From IMG/VR virus record IMGVR_UViG_2737471850_000009, positions 1-9,685 of that record: a stretch of DNA of 9,685 nt; one strand, written 5' to 3'. Positions 1-7,428 of this stretch are shown piece after piece; the first letter of the stretch is position 1; the number at the start of each line of letters is the position of its first letter. The translations under genes were made by a program, and so were the position numbers. The stretch comes from a virus. Its lineage: Duplodnaviria; Heunggongvirae; Uroviricota; Caudoviricetes. The notes beneath the pieces are model-generated. The model ran no database searches. It was not told where the DNA came from and worked only from the letters and a program-made list of their open reading frames with translations.

Positions 1-510
1 CGCGTCACGAATGGTTTTAATGCCGTAAATGCTCTTCATGGCGGTTACGCCCGCCAGTTCGTTGGCCGGGAATGTGCAGACACTGATTTCCCGCAGATAA
101 GTAATGTTTTTGAAAATGAGGCCGGACGTGCCGACGGTGTAATCGTCAGGGCCGACTGAAAAACCCACCGACATGCCTTCAACCGTGCCATGCTGCATGG
201 CGGCCTTCAGATCCTCGGCCAGGCTCAATCTGGGTGTGAGCTGCCCTCGGACATAAAGCCCCTTCTCGTCTTCGTGCATGGCATCCCATTTGCCAACCGG
301 GATGGCTCGCGTCTGGTGGTTGAAGAACATCGCCACCTTGCGGCTCTGGTTAGCCACCACACCAGCGAAAGCCCCGGGCAAAATAATGTCGCCGTCGGCG
401 TCGGTGTTATTGAAAACCGAGGCATACCCTTCAAACGTTCCCTTGCTGCCGTCGCCGGTGAACTTGATTTCGGTCTGGTCGAACGCCAGCGTCTTGTGAA
501 TATCAGGCAT
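1..510 (-). CDS. HK97-family prohead maturation protease (peptidase S78), N-terminal part; gene continues past the window start
   Basis: My own minus-strand translation from ATG at 510-508 stays open to position 1 (MPDIHKTLAFDQTEIKFTGDGSKGTFEGYASVFNNTDADGDIILPGAFAG...ISVCTFPANELAGVTAMKS...). The GDIILPGAF and FPAN motifs are typical of HK97-type prohead proteases. It sits directly downstream of portal. It is absent from the ORF track because there is no in-window stop. The start could instead be the in-frame ATG at 522. Confidence 0.8.
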   Translation of the reverse strand, partial: MPDIHKTLAFDQTEIKFTGDGSKGTFEGYASVFNNTDADGDIILPGAFAGVVANQSRKVAMFFNHQTRAIPVGKWDAMHEDEKGLYVRGQLTPRLSLAEDLKAAMQHGTVEGMSVGFSVGPDDYTVGTSGLIFKNITYLREISVCTFPANELAGVTAMKSIYGIKTIRDA

Positions 511-527
511 CGTGGCCCCCATAAAAA

Positions 528-1799
528 TTAAGCCCCGTCATTGCGGGGCTCTTTGTTTGTTCCGAGGTCGGTAATGGGAACGTTCTGCGACTGGCGCGTC
601 GCCACATCACCGCCAGGCAAAGGCGGAAGATTATCCAGTCGCCGCACTTCGTTAACGGTACGGATCCCTGTATTAACCATGGTTTGCATGAAGGTAGCGC
701 GGCTCGCTGAGTCACCACGAAGCAGGCCATCAAGGTTATGCTCGGCGTGCAGCCTTCCCTGATCGGACTCTTTTACCAGCCAGCGCTCTATGCTGTACTC
801 CCAGCGATCGAGATAGGGCTTCAGGGTGTACTGGAGAAAGCCGAGGTTCTGCTGTTCAATGCCGCTGCCCCATGAAGTTGTTTTTTCAACATCACCAACC
901 AGGTGCGGCGGAACACCGTAAAAGCGCGCCAGCTCTGCCACCTGAAACTTACGGGCCTCAAGCATCTGTGCGTCCTGCGGCGAGATGCCTATCGGCTGCG
1001 TGGTGAACCCGCTCTCAATGATCCAGAGGCGTTTTCTCACCGGGCCGCCGGCAATCTCCTTAAAGTTTTCCTCCAGCTGTCCGCGCTGCTCTTTGGTCAG
1101 CACCTTGCCGTCAGTCATCAGGATTTGCGGTGATTTGGCGCCGTTGGCGAAAAACTCCCGCTGGTTATCTTCCATAGCAATAGCCACGCCTGCAGATTTG
1201 GCGCTGAACGCCAGCGGCGATAACCCGACCAGCCCGTTAAAGCCGAAGCCTTTCAGGTGGAATATTTCTTTCGGCTTAAAGTCCACATACTCGCTGTCGC
1301 GCCGGTACCGGTAGATGACATTTTTTCCATCGAGCCGGACATCCATATTCGCGCTCATCAGCGGAAGCAGGCTGATGACATCGCCGACGCTGTTTCGCTC
1401 CACATGCGCGTAGGCATTGCCGTAGGCGCAAAGCTGCATTGTCATTGCCTCGCGAAACTCCAGCGCGGTCATGAAGTTGTTGGGCCGGAAGCGAAGAAGC
1501 TTCGCCAGCGGGTTCTGGTTGTCGACTTTCTTTCGCTGATCATCGATGGTTTCAAAAACATCCAGCGGTAACGAGGCTGTTACGGTGGAGATGAGCCGGA
1601 TGCAGGCCCATACGGTGCTGATCGACATGTTGCGCTCATCGCTCACCACCGATTCCCCGACGGTGCCGTGAGCTGATGTGCCCGCCATCTGCGAGCCATT
1701 ATCCGGTGAAACCAGGCGGCCACCGGTCAGAATAGAGGCCATGCGCGCCCAGAATGGCGATCGCGTTCGCAGGTCAATGCTGTAATCGGTATCTGCCAT
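528..1799 (-). CDS. Phage portal protein, HK97 family
   Basis: 423-aa ORF with the length and sequence character of HK97-family portals. Its ATG lies 2 nt after the terL stop (tight coupling). Canonical position between terL and prohead protease. Confidence 0.9.
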   Translation of the reverse strand: MADTDYSIDLRTRSPFWARMASILTGGRLVSPDNGSQMAGTSAHGTVGESVVSDERNMSISTVWACIRLISTVTASLPLDVFETIDDQRKKVDNQNPLAKLLRFRPNNFMTALEFREAMTMQLCAYGNAYAHVERNSVGDVISLLPLMSANMDVRLDGKNVIYRYRRDSEYVDFKPKEIFHLKGFGFNGLVGLSPLAFSAKSAGVAIAMEDNQREFFANGAKSPQILMTDGKVLTKEQRGQLEENFKEIAGGPVRKRLWIIESGFTTQPIGISPQDAQMLEARKFQVAELARFYGVPPHLVGDVEKTTSWGSGIEQQNLGFLQYTLKPYLDRWEYSIERWLVKESDQGRLHAEHNLDGLLRGDSASRATFMQTMVNTGIRTVNEVRRLDNLPPLPGGDVATRQSQNVPITDLGTNKEPRNDGA

Positions 1800-1801
1800 T
1801 T

Positions 1802-3334
1802 TTAAACGCTCAAAAAGTTGTAAATGAAATCGTTAACGTCGCCCGGATCCTCCACCTCATCACTGGTCTGTGCGCCGATAGACATCGCCAGCGCCACCAT
1901 GCCGTCGATACGGCCGCTCGATTTGCCTTTCACAAACTTGCGGTTACCGGCGGGGTCGGTGATTACCGTGGCGTTTTTGGCGCACATCTCGAGGATCGGA
2001 TGGTTGCCGTGCTTCAGTTGCGCGCCGAGCAGTTTAGCTTCCAGCTCCCTGAGCGCAGGCGACATGGAGACAAAACCCTGGCCGAATTCCACGAACCGCT
2101 CGAGCTCCGCCTCAGTGAAACCGGCGTCGATGAGATGCGGGCGAAGGAAGCGCATGTTGTAGCGGTCGAACGCCAGCGCCCGGACGTTACAGATATCAAA
2201 AACGCGCCGCAGCTCCCGTGCAATAAAGGCGTACTCAATGGCTTTGCCCGGCGTCGTGTTCAGCCAGCCCTGCTTCGCCCATATGTCATAAGGCACGCGA
2301 TCGTTACGCGCCTTGTCCGCCAGCCCCTCTTCAGGTAGCCAGAACTTACAGTGCACATCGCCCTGCGTTGTGTTGAGCACCAGCGCGGTCAGGTCCGACA
2401 CGCTGGAAAGGTCCAGCCCGCCCCAGACGGTAGCGCCCGCCAGTTCGCCAGGCTCTTCTTTGTTCATGTGCCAGACGGTCTGGCTGACGAACGGGCTTTT
2501 CGCCTCAACCCTGCGGTTCAGTACAAGGTTCTCAAATTCAGCCTGGCGCGACGGGAGGCGCTTGGCGCTGGCGGCCATATCCAGCACTTCTTTCTGGTTC
2601 ATGAACACATCGAAGGCCGGGTTAGCCAGCCTGATGGCTTCGACAGAGAAAGGATCGATATCTTCCGGCGCGGTCTGCAGCCGTACCACCGTTCGCGGAT
2701 CGGCACCGGTCAGGCCATCATCAATCAGCAGGCTGAGCAGGTCGCTCGCATCGGGTGCCTGGGTGCTGATGATTACCGAGATAGGGTTGTCCTGAGCAGC
2801 GGTCGCGGTTTCCAGAGCTTCATAAAGCGGGTCACGCGGCCCGCGCACCTGGCCCAGCTCATCATGGGCGACAAATCGCGGCGAGAAACCGTAGGCCGTT
2901 GTGGCCTCAGCGCTCAACGCGCGATAGTAAGAGCCCAGTTCAGGGCAGTGAATCTCTTTGGCTGAATCTTTTATGGCAACGTATTGCATCAGTGTCGGAT
3001 TCATACGACACATTTTCGAAGCAAGGTTAAACAGAATTGCTGCCTGATCGCGTGATCGGGCTGCGGAATACAATTGTGAGTTAGGCGCTGATTCGGGACC
3101 AACCAGATAAAGCAGCATGATTATCGCTGTCTCTACCGTCTTGGCGTTCTTTCGCCCCCTGCTGATAATCGCGCGGCGAGTACCATGCTCATTATCAAAT
3201 ATTGCTCTGAAGTCATCCTTCATGAAAGGAGCCATCTTCAGAGGCTGGCCTACGTACTTCCCTTCAGGGATCAGGATGTGTTTCTCACACCAGGCTATAT
3301 TGCGCTCAGCCCTTGTAAGCTTTTTTTTCGCCAT
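1802..3334 (-). CDS. terL: Terminase large subunit (ATPase/nuclease)
   Basis: 510-aa ORF with an N-terminal P-loop-like segment (ISRGRKNAKT) and a DE acidic box (FVAHDELG), followed by a nuclease-like C-terminal half. Lies directly downstream of the small subunit gene and upstream of portal. Confidence 0.9.
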   Translation of the reverse strand: MAKKKLTRAERNIAWCEKHILIPEGKYVGQPLKMAPFMKDDFRAIFDNEHGTRRAIISRGRKNAKTVETAIIMLLYLVGPESAPNSQLYSAARSRDQAAILFNLASKMCRMNPTLMQYVAIKDSAKEIHCPELGSYYRALSAEATTAYGFSPRFVAHDELGQVRGPRDPLYEALETATAAQDNPISVIISTQAPDASDLLSLLIDDGLTGADPRTVVRLQTAPEDIDPFSVEAIRLANPAFDVFMNQKEVLDMAASAKRLPSRQAEFENLVLNRRVEAKSPFVSQTVWHMNKEEPGELAGATVWGGLDLSSVSDLTALVLNTTQGDVHCKFWLPEEGLADKARNDRVPYDIWAKQGWLNTTPGKAIEYAFIARELRRVFDICNVRALAFDRYNMRFLRPHLIDAGFTEAELERFVEFGQGFVSMSPALRELEAKLLGAQLKHGNHPILEMCAKNATVITDPAGNRKFVKGKSSGRIDGMVALAMSIGAQTSDEVEDPGDVNDFIYNFLSV

Positions 3335-3347
3335 TCGCTAATCAGCC

Positions 3348-3782
3348 TTAATCAATTTCCCAGGGCTTTTTCTCCCGAGCCAGATTGCTGTTGGCCCGGC
3401 CAACAGTTTTGGGATCGGCAGTAGCCTGGCGGGTAATCCGCAGGCGGGTCGCAAGAGAAGATGCCGATCGCACCTCGCGCTCGCGCATCGTGAGCAGCCT
3501 GTCGTAGCGCTTCAGCCCGTCTTCGCGGGACAACCACTCGAGCTCAAACTCTTCAATCTGGGTGGTGAGCAGCCGGGCCTGCACCACATGCCGACAGTAC
3601 ATCTCCAGCATGTCCCGGTGTGTTTCGGTGAATGAGCTGGCCGGGTTGTCATTAACCAGCCGGACCCAGACGTTAATCTCCGGATCGCTCAGGTGAATGG
3701 ACGGCTGCAACCTGCTTTCAGCCAGTGCCGGCAGCGAGACAGCAGACGTCGCAGCCAGAGACTTTCTGCCTCGCTGTGCCAT
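3348..3782 (-). CDS. terS: Terminase small subunit (P27-like)
   Basis: Start chosen at the internal ATG (MAQRGRKSL...) at 3782, preceded by AAGGA about 9 nt upstream. The 44 codons upstream in the track ORF run through a poly-C/AT-rich noncoding-looking tract. About 144 aa, basic N-terminus, immediately upstream of terL. Confidence 0.65.
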   Translation of the reverse strand: MAQRGRKSLAATSAVSLPALAESRLQPSIHLSDPEINVWVRLVNDNPASSFTETHRDMLEMYCRHVVQARLLTTQIEEFELEWLSREDGLKRYDRLLTMREREVRSASSLATRLRITRQATADPKTVGRANSNLAREKKPWEID

Positions 3783-3914
3783 CGCGTTTTTCCTTTTTTT
3801 CTGGACGTTTTTAAAAATAAAACTGGGAGCGCGGTCTTTAAGAATTTGGTACCAGAGTTTTACCCCTCCCCCTCCCTTACCAACATAAATATGAGAATTG
3901 ATATCATTTCTCAA

Positions 3915-4124
3915 TTACGTGTAAGCTTGAGTGAGGTATGCCAGAGGGCACCAGACGATCACCAACGCCGATTGGCAATGTGAGGGTAATGGTAGGGTAA
4001 TGGTAGGCAGCATCTCACCGACCTCATGATTGAAGGAGACTGCAGTGGCATGTTTAAAGCTCACGCTATCAATGCTCAACTCAATCAACTTCCCATCACG
4101 GTATTCAATCTTCATGTCTTGCAT
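3915..4124 (-). CDS. Hypothetical small protein (doubtful); may be non-coding cos region
   Basis: ATG at 4124 is preceded by AGGAG with a 6-nt spacer, directly after the HNH stop. The reading frame runs through the 11-bp tandem repeat (translated as PTITLPLP) and ends only at 3915, so the C-terminal half looks non-coding. Confidence 0.25.
   Translation of the reverse strand: MQDMKIEYRDGKLIELSIDSVSFKHATAVSFNHEVGEMLPTITLPLPSHCQSALVIVWCPLAYLTQAYT
3984..4005. repeat. Tandem direct repeat, 2 copies of the 11-bp unit GGGTAATGGTA (followed by GG)
   Basis: Read directly: GGGTAATGGTAGGGTAATGGTAGG. Candidate terminase small-subunit binding repeats (cosB-like), by position. Confidence 0.85.
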
Positions 4125-4136
4125 CAACTACTCCTG

Positions 4137-4427
4137 TTACCAGATAACACGGCCTTCATTATCGAACTCGGTGACCGTTCCGCCCTTCTCCATCCTCTGC
4201 TTTACCGAGTCGTGGCAACGTTTGCAAAGTGACTGAAGATTATCCGGATCATGAAAGAGCCTATCGTCTCCTTTGTGCGGGATGACATGGTCAACGATCG
4301 TTGCCGCTATCACCTGATTGCGCCGGAGGTGGAACTCACAAAGAGGTTGCTTCTGAAGCTGGTGATAGCGGAGTCGGTACCAACGCTTGGAATTGTAGAG
4401 GCTATGCCAAGGTGAATTGGATGCCAT
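4137..4427 (-). CDS. HNH endonuclease (terminase-associated, phage type)
   Basis: 96-aa ORF with a Cys pair and His/Asn signature (CEFH...N...H...CKRCH) typical of small phage HNH nucleases. GGGAG SD about 8 nt upstream of the ATG. Positioned just upstream of cos and terS as in HK97-like phages. Confidence 0.85.
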   Translation of the reverse strand: MASNSPWHSLYNSKRWYRLRYHQLQKQPLCEFHLRRNQVIAATIVDHVIPHKGDDRLFHDPDNLQSLCKRCHDSVKQRMEKGGTVTEFDNEGRVIW

Positions 4428-4504
4428 GGTTAATCTCCCTCTGCATTGCTAAATCGCCAATTCCGGCTAACGGCGTGCCCAGGCTCACAGCTGAAAGACT
4501 TTCT

Positions 4505-4534
4505 TTGAAGTGCGCGTGAGATGCGCTTTATACT
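4505..4534 (+). promoter_or_regulatory. Putative sigma70-type promoter for the YkgJ-like gene
   Basis: TTGAAG (4505-4510), 18-nt spacer, TATACT (4529-4534), about 95 nt upstream of the ATG at 4630. Sequence-only prediction. Confidence 0.3.
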
Positions 4535-4629
4535 CCAGCAATAGCCGCCAGCAATGCCAGTAAGTATCAAATTACAAAATTATCTTTGTTCATTTTGTTG
4601 AGTGACACCTCAAAAAGGAGGCATGGGAA

Positions 4630-5163
4630 ATGAGTCTGGAAAAATTGCTAATCAAAGATAGAAAATGTGGTTCATGTTCTGTTTGTTGTAAATCCCTGAG
4701 AATCGAAGAGCCAGAGCTTAAAAAATTTGCTGGAGTGCCATGTCAGCATCTTAAAGCACAGGGCGGATGTTCGATTTATAATGATCGCCCATCTCTATGT
4801 CGTACGTGGTACTGCGGATGGAGAGTTTTAGGTATCGGTCCGGAAATGAGGCCTGATCGTTGTGGTGTTCTTATTCGCTTCGATGGCAAAGCTCTGTGCT
4901 TTCAGCCAGTAAATGATGGTCAAGTTACTACATTGCTTGATCCAGAGCCTTTACGTGTTTTAAGCAGTTCAATTGCAAATGGGATGACCGTTCAGATTTC
5001 GATTCCGACAAAAGAAGGCTTTTGCTCTTCAAATGTCGACGTTACAGCAGCTATGACCGAGGTAGTTAAAACCAGAGAGTTTGATAAGATTCGTGCAACT
5101 ATGATTGGATTAATTCAATTCGCTGCGAATTCGAAGACAGACCCGATTGCTCCTTTAAATTAG
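4630..5163 (+). CDS. YkgJ-family cysteine-cluster protein (CxxCxxCC putative Zn/Fe-chelating domain, UPF0153-like)
   Basis: 177-aa ORF with AAGGAGG SD 9 nt upstream. Carries CGSCSVCC (CxxCxxCC) and later GGCSIYNDRPSLCRTWYC, matching the two hallmark segments of the YkgJ/CxxCxxCC family. Opposite strand to all flanking phage genes and visibly AT-richer (sampled stretches roughly 32-43% GC versus the clearly GC-richer late genes). Confidence 0.75.
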   Translation: MSLEKLLIKDRKCGSCSVCCKSLRIEEPELKKFAGVPCQHLKAQGGCSIYNDRPSLCRTWYCGWRVLGIGPEMRPDRCGVLIRFDGKALCFQPVNDGQVTTLLDPEPLRVLSSSIANGMTVQISIPTKEGFCSSNVDVTAAMTEVVKTREFDKIRATMIGLIQFAANSKTDPIAPLN

Positions 5164-5171
5164 CATCCGAT

Positions 5172-5189
5172 GCCGGGGTTGCACCCGGC
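5172..5189 (+). terminator. Stem-loop immediately after the stop codon of the YkgJ-like gene (weak or atypical terminator)
   Basis: GCCGGG-GTTGCA-CCCGGC, a 6-bp GC stem with a 6-nt loop, 8 nt after TAG. No U tract on either strand, so not a canonical intrinsic terminator. Confidence 0.25.
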
Positions 5190-5557
5190 TTAACAAACGA
5201 GAAACATACGAATCGGTTGCAAATCTCAAGCAGCTCTTGTCTTTTAACATTAGACGATCGTTTCATTAGCATTTCATCTGATGTACTGAATAAGTTTTTC
5301 ATAAAACATTCCCATTCTAATTATCTAGGCTGCATTTAAATGCCTCACCACTTCCCGGAGTGGCCACGCTCATGCCCTTGAGTTGCTGTCGCTTCATCGC
5401 CGCTTATAACCGGTGCGCGTCTGGCGTTCGCGCTGCTCTACCGGAGCTTATTTTGATATAAGAACCTTGACCCGTCGCTATACAGGCTCGCTCAATGGCG
5501 ACTCAGGGCAGCATCATTACTGCTGCATTGCCTTTCGGCTGCGGTCTAACCGCTTTG

Positions 5558-5788
5558 CTACTTGATTTCGAGTTTCTCCTTCTGACAATTTGCCTGCCAC
5601 GCTTTGTTATGCGTCAGGATGTCGCGCTTGGTCTGCTTATCCAACACATCCCAGTCATTATCTGTTGCATAGATAGGATGAACCCAGTCGCACGCCGTAT
5701 CGACTACCTCAACCCTTACGGGTCCAGTTTGTGCGCAGCTCGCGATCAACGTCGTCGCCAGGCATATGATTAACTTTCTGCTGTACAT
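5558..5788 (-). CDS. o-spanin (Rz1-like outer-membrane lipoprotein)
   Basis: Internal ATG at 5788 (MYSRKLIICLATTLIASCAQTGP...) preceded by GAGAGG with a 6-nt spacer. Signal peptide with lipobox-like IASC. The gene begins inside the i-spanin gene in another frame and extends past it (overlapped architecture as in P2 lysB/lysC). The longer track ORF from 5959 is treated as an artefactual extension. Confidence 0.55.
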   Translation of the reverse strand: MYSRKLIICLATTLIASCAQTGPVRVEVVDTACDWVHPIYATDNDWDVLDKQTKRDILTHNKAWQANCQKEKLEIK

Positions 5789-5981
5789 TACTGGCCTCTC
5801 TGGTGACTTCTGCCTGACGTTCTGCCACTGCAACCTTCGCCGCTGCGTTTTCTTCAGTGCGTTGTTGATCGGCTTTCGCTTCTGCTTTGCTGGTTCCGCG
5901 AATATGGCCAAGACCAAACCCACCAGCAGCGGCAACACAGATAGCACCAATGACACCAATGATGATTTCTACAATGCTCAT
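5709..5981 (-). CDS. i-spanin (Rz-like; N-terminal TM helix plus charged coiled-coil periplasmic region)
   Basis: The ATG overlaps the endolysin stop (ATGA). N-terminal hydrophobic helix IVEIIIGVIGAICVAAAGGFGLG followed by an Ala/Glu/Lys/Gln-rich segment. Sits immediately after the endolysin. At 90 aa it is short for an i-spanin. Confidence 0.5.
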   Translation of the reverse strand: MSIVEIIIGVIGAICVAAAGGFGLGHIRGTSKAEAKADQQRTEENAAAKVAVAERQAEVTREASNVQQKVNHMPGDDVDRELRTNWTRKG

Positions 5982-6589
5982 GCAATCACCGCTTTCGCTT
6001 TGCCGTAACGCACGCGTCTGTCGTTAATGCCGTTCTGACCGCCATTGATAATCTGAGTGATGCGCACCAGGTCATCGGTGTACTTCAGGCAACCTTTGGA
6101 GGCGTAGAACCATGCAGCAGAACGCGCAGCATTGATGTCTTTCTCCAGCAGTTCAGGGTTAGTAACCAGGTCAAGCTTCAGACCATTGCCGCAATCACGG
6201 TAATTGGTGAGACCGGTAATCTGAATTAATCCGCGCCCACGGTATTTCCAGCCATCACCAGCAGCTTTATTACCCAGGCGGTTGCTGTATACCAGGTTCG
6301 CGATAGCTTCCTGACTTGCTGGCTTACCGTTGGCACGTCCAAGCATTGAGGCCTGGTAGTTCGTTACCCGGCGTCCAAACGTCGTCAGTAATGCGGCAGG
6401 CGTGTAGTTGAAGTTCTCCACCAGCGCAGAGAATCCCGCCGATTCATGTCCTACCTGAGCAATGAACATCGCCTTATCTTTTGGTTCAGTGATGCCGAAC
6501 TCTTTCATTGCATCCGTAATCGGCTGAAACCAGCGCGCAGCTAACCCGGCGCTAATTACAGCCGCCTGTTGAAATTGTGATTGGTTCAT
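5978..6589 (-). CDS. Endolysin, glycoside hydrolase family 19 (chitinase-like phage lysozyme)
   Basis: 203-aa ORF with GH19-type endolysin sequence character (e.g. FIAQVGHESAGF, KYRGRGLIQITG, INGG segments). Its ATG overlaps the stop of the upstream membrane-protein gene. Confidence 0.85.
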   Translation of the reverse strand: MNQSQFQQAAVISAGLAARWFQPITDAMKEFGITEPKDKAMFIAQVGHESAGFSALVENFNYTPAALLTTFGRRVTNYQASMLGRANGKPASQEAIANLVYSNRLGNKAAGDGWKYRGRGLIQITGLTNYRDCGNGLKLDLVTNPELLEKDINAARSAAWFYASKGCLKYTDDLVRITQIINGGQNGINDRRVRYGKAKAVIA

Positions 6590-6864
6590 TAATGCCTCAG
6601 CGTATCAACGAGACGCGCTACGTTCCCACGAGCCCATAAGACGGCAGCGCAAATAAGAAGGTTTACGATGACCACCATCCAGTGTGACTCCTGGTAGAGG
6701 CCAAACAGATATCGGAATGGAACGCTGGCATAAACCAGCACAACGAAGTACGCCAGCAATGATATAGCGGGGCGATGTCTTGCCCCTTCACGCTGGTAGA
6801 ACATCAGGACGATGACTGCACAAATACCTGCATTCACCATCGCTGACGGATCACTTGTTACCAT
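6589..6864 (-). CDS. Small membrane protein, putative holin/antiholin
   Basis: Start placed at ATG 6864 with GGAGG upstream (the track uses GTG at 6882). Two to three hydrophobic helices. Its stop overlaps the endolysin start. Confidence 0.5.
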   Translation of the reverse strand: MVTSDPSAMVNAGICAVIVLMFYQREGARHRPAISLLAYFVVLVYASVPFRYLFGLYQESHWMVVIVNLLICAAVLWARGNVARLVDTLRH

Positions 6865-7246
6865 TGCTGGCCCCTCCTCCACGGAATCGCGAAAGAATAC
6901 TGAACAGGCTTCCCAAATCCTGACTGTTGAAAAATGTGAGCACTTTGATTGTCATCGCCGCCACTACAACAGCACCAAGCGCGTCTAATGGTCTGTCACT
7001 GTACCCGGTAGCTTGTGACAACTTTGAACCAACCAGGCCAGCAGCAAGAACGCCAACAATGAATGACGTCATGAAGTAAGCAATCAGTCGTACTCGTGTG
7101 ATATTTGCCGCTGTCGCTACATAAAATACTGCACCAGCGAATGCGCCAAATACCACGCCATAATCAATACCGGTTGCGAGACCAAATACACTGGCTCCCA
7201 TCAGGCCACCAGCCGCGACCGTAGTGCCAGAAACAGGATCGGACAT
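6851..7246 (-). CDS. Phage holin-family membrane protein
   Basis: 131-aa ORF with Gly/Ala-rich transmembrane helices and a hydrophilic C-terminus. GAGGGGG SD upstream. It is the first gene after the late terminator, as expected for a holin. Confidence 0.6.
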   Translation of the reverse strand: MSDPVSGTTVAAGGLMGASVFGLATGIDYGVVFGAFAGAVFYVATAANITRVRLIAYFMTSFIVGVLAAGLVGSKLSQATGYSDRPLDALGAVVVAAMTIKVLTFFNSQDLGSLFSILSRFRGGGASNGNK

Positions 7247-7330
7247 TAAGCCCCCTCTTATTGCTGTGAGTCCTCTCAGAACGAGGGGAAAATAAAAAGG
7301 GCCACCAATTGGCAGCCCTCAAAACGCAAA

Positions 7331-7360
7331 AACCCGCACGATGGCGGGTTTCTTTTTGTT
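7331..7360. terminator. Intrinsic terminator (tR'-like), apparently bidirectional
   Basis: AACCCGC-ACGATG-GCGGGTT, a 7-bp stem, followed by TCTTTTTGTT on the plus strand and preceded by AAAACGCAAAA (a T-run on the minus strand). Lies between Q and the holin gene. Confidence 0.6.
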
Positions 7361-7399
7361 CTGTTGCTCAGTTCGCTTTAACGTCCCGAGCCTACCACA

Positions 7400-7428
7400 A
7401 TTTAAGCACTTTCTTGCTCACTCTGCAA
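7400..7428 (-). promoter_or_regulatory. Candidate late promoter (PR'-like) overlapping the 3' end of Q
   Basis: Minus strand reads TTGCAG, 17 nt, TTAAAT. The -10 overlaps the Q stop codon. The terminator lies about 40-60 nt downstream, giving the short leader typical of Q-dependent late promoters. Confidence 0.35.

Larger units (their letters stand above)
3783..4136. other. Candidate cos / packaging-initiation region between HNH endonuclease and terS
   Basis: About 350 bp between the HNH stop and terS start. Contains a C-rich tract CCCCTCCCCCTCCC (3863-3876), an AT-rich segment with the EcoRV-like palindrome GATATC, and a tandem 11-bp repeat (3984-4005). In HK97-like phages cos lies between the HNH gene and terS. 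Confidence 0.35.

Noticed and set aside
190-531. Plus-strand 113-aa ORF (and 278..499)
   Set aside because: Antisense shadow of the prohead protease gene; no SD and an unnatural-looking protein.
1754-2965. Plus-strand ORFs 1754..2338, 1824..2162, 2313..2795 and 2351..2965
   Set aside because: All lie antisense within the terminase large subunit gene; typical shadow ORFs in GC-rich coding DNA.
3783-3914. N-terminal extension of terS in the track ORF (start at 3914)
   Set aside because: The extension is translated from the poly-C/AT-rich putative cos region (GKGGGG from CCCCTCCCCC). The internal ATG at 3782 has a proper SD.
3984-4005. Possible CRISPR-like repeat
   Set aside because: Only two directly abutting copies of an 11-bp unit with no spacers; far too short and simple for a CRISPR array. 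More consistent with protein-binding repeats.
5099-5302. Minus-strand 67-aa ORF
   Set aside because: Overlaps the 3' end of the YkgJ-like gene antisense and runs into AT-rich spacer; no SD; low-complexity product.
5789-5959. Long form of the lipoprotein ORF starting at 5959 (133 aa)
   Set aside because: The upstream 57 codons lie wholly inside the i-spanin gene in another frame. The signal peptide and SD point to the internal ATG at 5788.
5495-6008. Plus-strand ORFs 5495..5773 and 5766..6008
   Set aside because: Antisense to the spanin genes and the endolysin 3' end; shadow ORFs.
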